A stretch of DNA of 64,000 nucleotides. Source: Bacillota bacterium. GTDB taxonomy: Bacteria > Bacillota > Sulfobacillia > UBA3575 > DUQP01. The notes beneath the pieces are model-generated. The model searched no databases, had not been told where the DNA came from, and was given only the letters and a program-made list of their open reading frames with translations. The stretch's first letter is position 1, and every line of letters starts with the position of its first letter. Location: contig DUQP01000036.1 in NCBI GenBank assembly GCA_012837735.1, forward strand, positions 7,152 through 71,151, in the 5' to 3' direction. Made by a program: the position numbers and the translations under genes. Below are positions 61,525-64,000 of this stretch, one piece after another.

Positions 61525-62274
61525 TCAGCTCCGCCCTTTCAGTCCGCCGAAGCGGCGATCACGTTTTTGAAAAGCAGCCACCGCCGCAATCAGGTCTTGT
61601 TCACCAAAATCCGGCCATAGCGTCGGCGTCATATATAATTCCGCATAGGCAATCTGCCAAAGCAAAAAATTGCTCACCCGGTACTCCCCACCCGGTCGAA
61701 TCAACAAGTCCGGATCTGGCAAACTTGCTGTGTATAATTCTCGCTCCACATGCTCTTCGTCAATTTGCCCTGGCTCCAGCTCACCCCTTTGCACCTGCCT
61801 GGCAAGTTTTTGGCAAGCATCCACCAACTCCCTGCGGCCACCGTAATTCAGGGCAATATTAACGTATAGACGGCTATTGTGCGCGGTTTGTGCCAGGGCT
61901 GTGCGCAACGCATCCTGCACGTCGCAAGGCAAGTCCTCCATATTGCCCAAAATGCGCAAATGCACCCCGCGAACCACCAGATCCGGTAGTTCTTCTGTGA
62001 GTTTTTCGACCAGTAACCGCATTAAAGCGTCCACTTCCGCCTGCGGCCTTTTCCAATTCTCAGTAGAAAAGGCATAAAGCGTCAGGTATTTTATTCCCAG
62101 GGCCCCGGCACACTCCAACACGCGCCGTACCGCCTCCACACCAGCTCTGTGCCCGGCCACGCGCGGTAACTGCCGTTGCTGGGCCCACCGCCCATTTCCA
62201 TCCATAATGATTGCCACGTGGCGTGGAATTGCACCTTGTTCCTTGATCTCAGCGATAGTTGCCATCCCGTTCAA
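61525..62274 (-). CDS. uppS: Undecaprenyl pyrophosphate synthase (di-trans,poly-cis isoprenyl diphosphate synthase)
   Basis: HVAIIMDGNGRWA and the typical UPPS fold. Confidence 0.9.
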   Translation of the reverse strand: MNGMATIAEIKEQGAIPRHVAIIMDGNGRWAQQRQLPRVAGHRAGVEAVRRVLECAGALGIKYLTLYAFSTENWKRPQAEVDALMRLLVEKLTEELPDLVVRGVHLRILGNMEDLPCDVQDALRTALAQTAHNSRLYVNIALNYGGRRELVDACQKLARQVQRGELEPGQIDEEHVERELYTASLPDPDLLIRPGGEYRVSNFLLWQIAYAELYMTPTLWPDFGEQDLIAAVAAFQKRDRRFGGLKGRS

Positions 62275-62304
62275 ACACCACCTATACCAAAAGACCCCCG
62301 TTTT

Positions 62305-62517
62305 TCAGGGGGTCCGGCTGCCGCCTGTGTGGTGGAAGTGACGGTGTGCGACCAGCAAAACAACTCCTTGCTGGTCTGTCCGTTGGGCGACCACCATCAG
62401 CTCCCCGCTTGCCTCCCCGCCTCCAGGCGGGGTTATCTTTGTAATCGCTGCCACCGGTACCCCGGCACGGCGTAGTTCCCGCTTAGCCAACGCCAGGGAT
62501 AACCCGACAACATCCAT
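62305..62517 (-). CDS. Small hypothetical protein (70 aa) between frr and uppS
   Basis: An ORF exactly fills the frr-uppS gap; weak PASTA-like pattern; may be non-coding. Confidence 0.3.
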   Translation of the reverse strand: MDVVGLSLALAKRELRRAGVPVAAITKITPPGGGEASGELMVVAQRTDQQGVVLLVAHRHFHHTGGSRTP

Positions 62518-62519
62518 AT

Positions 62520-63080
62520 TTACACCTCGAGAATCTCTTTTTCCTTGGCAGCCAATATCCTGTCCACTTCGCGGATCGCCTCGTCAGTTAACTTCTGCAC
62601 CTCATCCTGGGTGCGACGGCTTTCATCTTCCGAAATCTCACCCTTTTTCTCCAGCTTCTTTATGTTTTCGTTCGCCTCCCGGCGGATATTCCGAACCGCT
62701 ACCCGGCCATTTTCAGCGCTCTTGCGTACGTTTTTCACTAACTCTTGCCTGCGTTCCTCCGTCAATTGGGGAACAACCAGCCTGATCACAGTACCGTCAT
62801 TGGCCGGTGTGATACCCAAATCGGATTTCAGAATCGCTTTTTCAATGTTCGGCATGATGGTTTTGTCCCATGGTTGGATAACCAACAAACGCGGCTCGGG
62901 AACGGATATGTTCGCTAATTGATTGATTGGCGTCTGCACACCATAATAGTCAACCATGATACGTTCCAACAGAGCCGGCGTGGCCCGTCCGGCCCGCAAG
63001 CCGGCAAACTCACGCCGCAACGCCTCCGAGGCGCGCTTCATTTTGTCACCGGTCTCATTCAGAATCTCCTTCACGACCAT
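62520..63080 (-). CDS. frr: Ribosome recycling factor
   Basis: Start MVVKEIL (RBS GGGGGGGAGG); overlaps the pyrH 3' end by 26 nt. Confidence 0.9.
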   Translation of the reverse strand: MVVKEILNETGDKMKRASEALRREFAGLRAGRATPALLERIMVDYYGVQTPINQLANISVPEPRLLVIQPWDKTIMPNIEKAILKSDLGITPANDGTVIRLVVPQLTEERRQELVKNVRKSAENGRVAVRNIRREANENIKKLEKKGEISEDESRRTQDEVQKLTDEAIREVDRILAAKEKEILEV

Positions 63081-63807
63081 TAGCTTGGCCTCCCCCCCTG
63101 ACAAAAGTCCCGATACTCTCACCCATCACAGCCCGGCGAATATTACCGTAAACCCCCAGATCAAATACAATGATCGGTATGTCATTGTCCATACAAAGAG
63201 AAGTGGCAGTGGAATCCATCACCCGCAGTCCTTTGTTAAGCAAGTCAAGGTATTGTAGCTCATCGAACTTGCGCGCATCTGGATTTTTGCGGGGGTCGGA
63301 ATCATAAACCCCCTCCTCTTTAGTGGCCTTCAGCATCACATCCGCCTCGATCTCAGCCGCTCGTAAGGCAGCAGTCGTATCTGTAGAAAAATACGGGTTG
63401 CCTGTTCCGGCAGCGAAGATCACAACTCGGCCTTTTTCCAAATGGCGAATGGCGCGTCGGCGGATATATGGTTCGGCGATCTCCTTCATCTCAATCGCCG
63501 TTTGCACGCGCGTGTCCACCCCGTGTTTCTCTAAAGCGTCCTGCAGGGCCATGGAGTTGATCACTGTGGCCAACATCCCCATGTAGTCCGCCGTGGCCCG
63601 ATCCATTCCCTGCGCACTGCCCGCGGTGCCGCGCCAGATGTTGCCCCCACCGACCACTACAGCCAATTCAATGCCCATCGCAACCACTTCTTTAATCTGG
63701 AGGGCGATCAAATCCACGACCGCTGGATCGATACCATATCCTTGCCTGCCAGCTAAAGCTTCCCCGCTCAATTTCAAAACTACCCGCCGGAAATGTGACT
63801 GCGTCAT
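63055..63807 (-). CDS. pyrH: UMP kinase
   Basis: Start [18 protein letters not shown]; amino acid kinase fold; a C-terminal extension of about 13 aa overlaps frr. Confidence 0.9.
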   Translation of the reverse strand: MTQSHFRRVVLKLSGEALAGRQGYGIDPAVVDLIALQIKEVVAMGIELAVVVGGGNIWRGTAGSAQGMDRATADYMGMLATVINSMALQDALEKHGVDTRVQTAIEMKEIAEPYIRRRAIRHLEKGRVVIFAAGTGNPYFSTDTTAALRAAEIEADVMLKATKEEGVYDSDPRKNPDARKFDELQYLDLLNKGLRVMDSTATSLCMDNDIPIIVFDLGVYGNIRRAVMGESIGTFVRGGGQANGREGDSE

Positions 63808-63885
63808 AGCACAACCTCCAGGGTCCAACATTTTTCTTCTCCGCTGGGAAACTTTTTCCTTTTCACCTTGCCAGGGAGTGGGCGG

Positions 63886-64000
63886 CTATTCACCAATTGC
63901 AAACCGACAAAAACGCCTGACCATGATGTTTTCTCCGATCAGCGCGATATAGTCATTGACCACATCCTGTACGGTCTTGTCCTGGTCCCGGAAGAAGGGC
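63886..64000 (-). CDS. tsf: Elongation factor Ts (C-terminal fragment; gene continues beyond window end)
   Basis: Minus-strand frame ends ...IMVRRFCRFAIGE-stop, matching the conserved EF-Ts C-terminus (VRFxRFEVGEG); located upstream of pyrH as expected. Confidence 0.55.
   Translation of the reverse strand, partial: PFFRDQDKTVQDVVNDYIALIGENIMVRRFCRFAIGE

Overview
The window is a high-GC (about 58-60%) Firmicutes/Clostridia-type chromosomal segment, and nearly all of it is transcribed on the minus strand. Sporulation markers (spoVFA/B, ymxH, ylzJ, spmA/B-like) indicate a spore-former. Most of the window is conserved core genome in Bacillus-like synteny, here grouped into three blocks. Block 1 runs rny-recX-recA-thpR-cinA, then rimO, rodZ, UPF0182, yhaM. 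Block 2 runs ftsK-uppP-ylzJ-tepA-rnjB-dapA-lysC-asd-dpaB-dpaA-dapB, then ymxH, dut, an M16 peptidase, nfo, pnp and rpsO. Block 3 runs ribF-truB-nrnA-rbfA-infB-L7Ae-ylxR-nusA-rimP, then proS-ispG-rseP-dxr, cdsA-uppS-frr-pyrH and a partial tsf. Two lower-GC insertions interrupt the core. The first (about 5.2-6.9 kb) is a plus-strand DUF1254/DUF1214 gene. The second (about 19.6-22.8 kb) is a four-gene agr-like operon (small membrane protein, AgrB, a 44-aa AgrD, TM-GGDEF-HD-GYP) and is the most interesting item in the window. AgrC/AgrA are absent; a TM-GGDEF-HD-GYP enzyme sits in the AgrC position, so a c-di-GMP output for this quorum peptide is a testable hypothesis. The 44-aa AgrD was missed by the ORF track; its predicted thiolactone core is CFWNF. 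RNA and regulatory elements read from the sequence include a lysine (L-box) riboswitch with terminator upstream of dapB, a sigma-A promoter plus leader hairpin upstream of rimP-nusA-infB, the rpsO-pnp intercistronic hairpin, and several intrinsic terminators and promoters. No rRNA, tRNA, CRISPR array or transposase was found.
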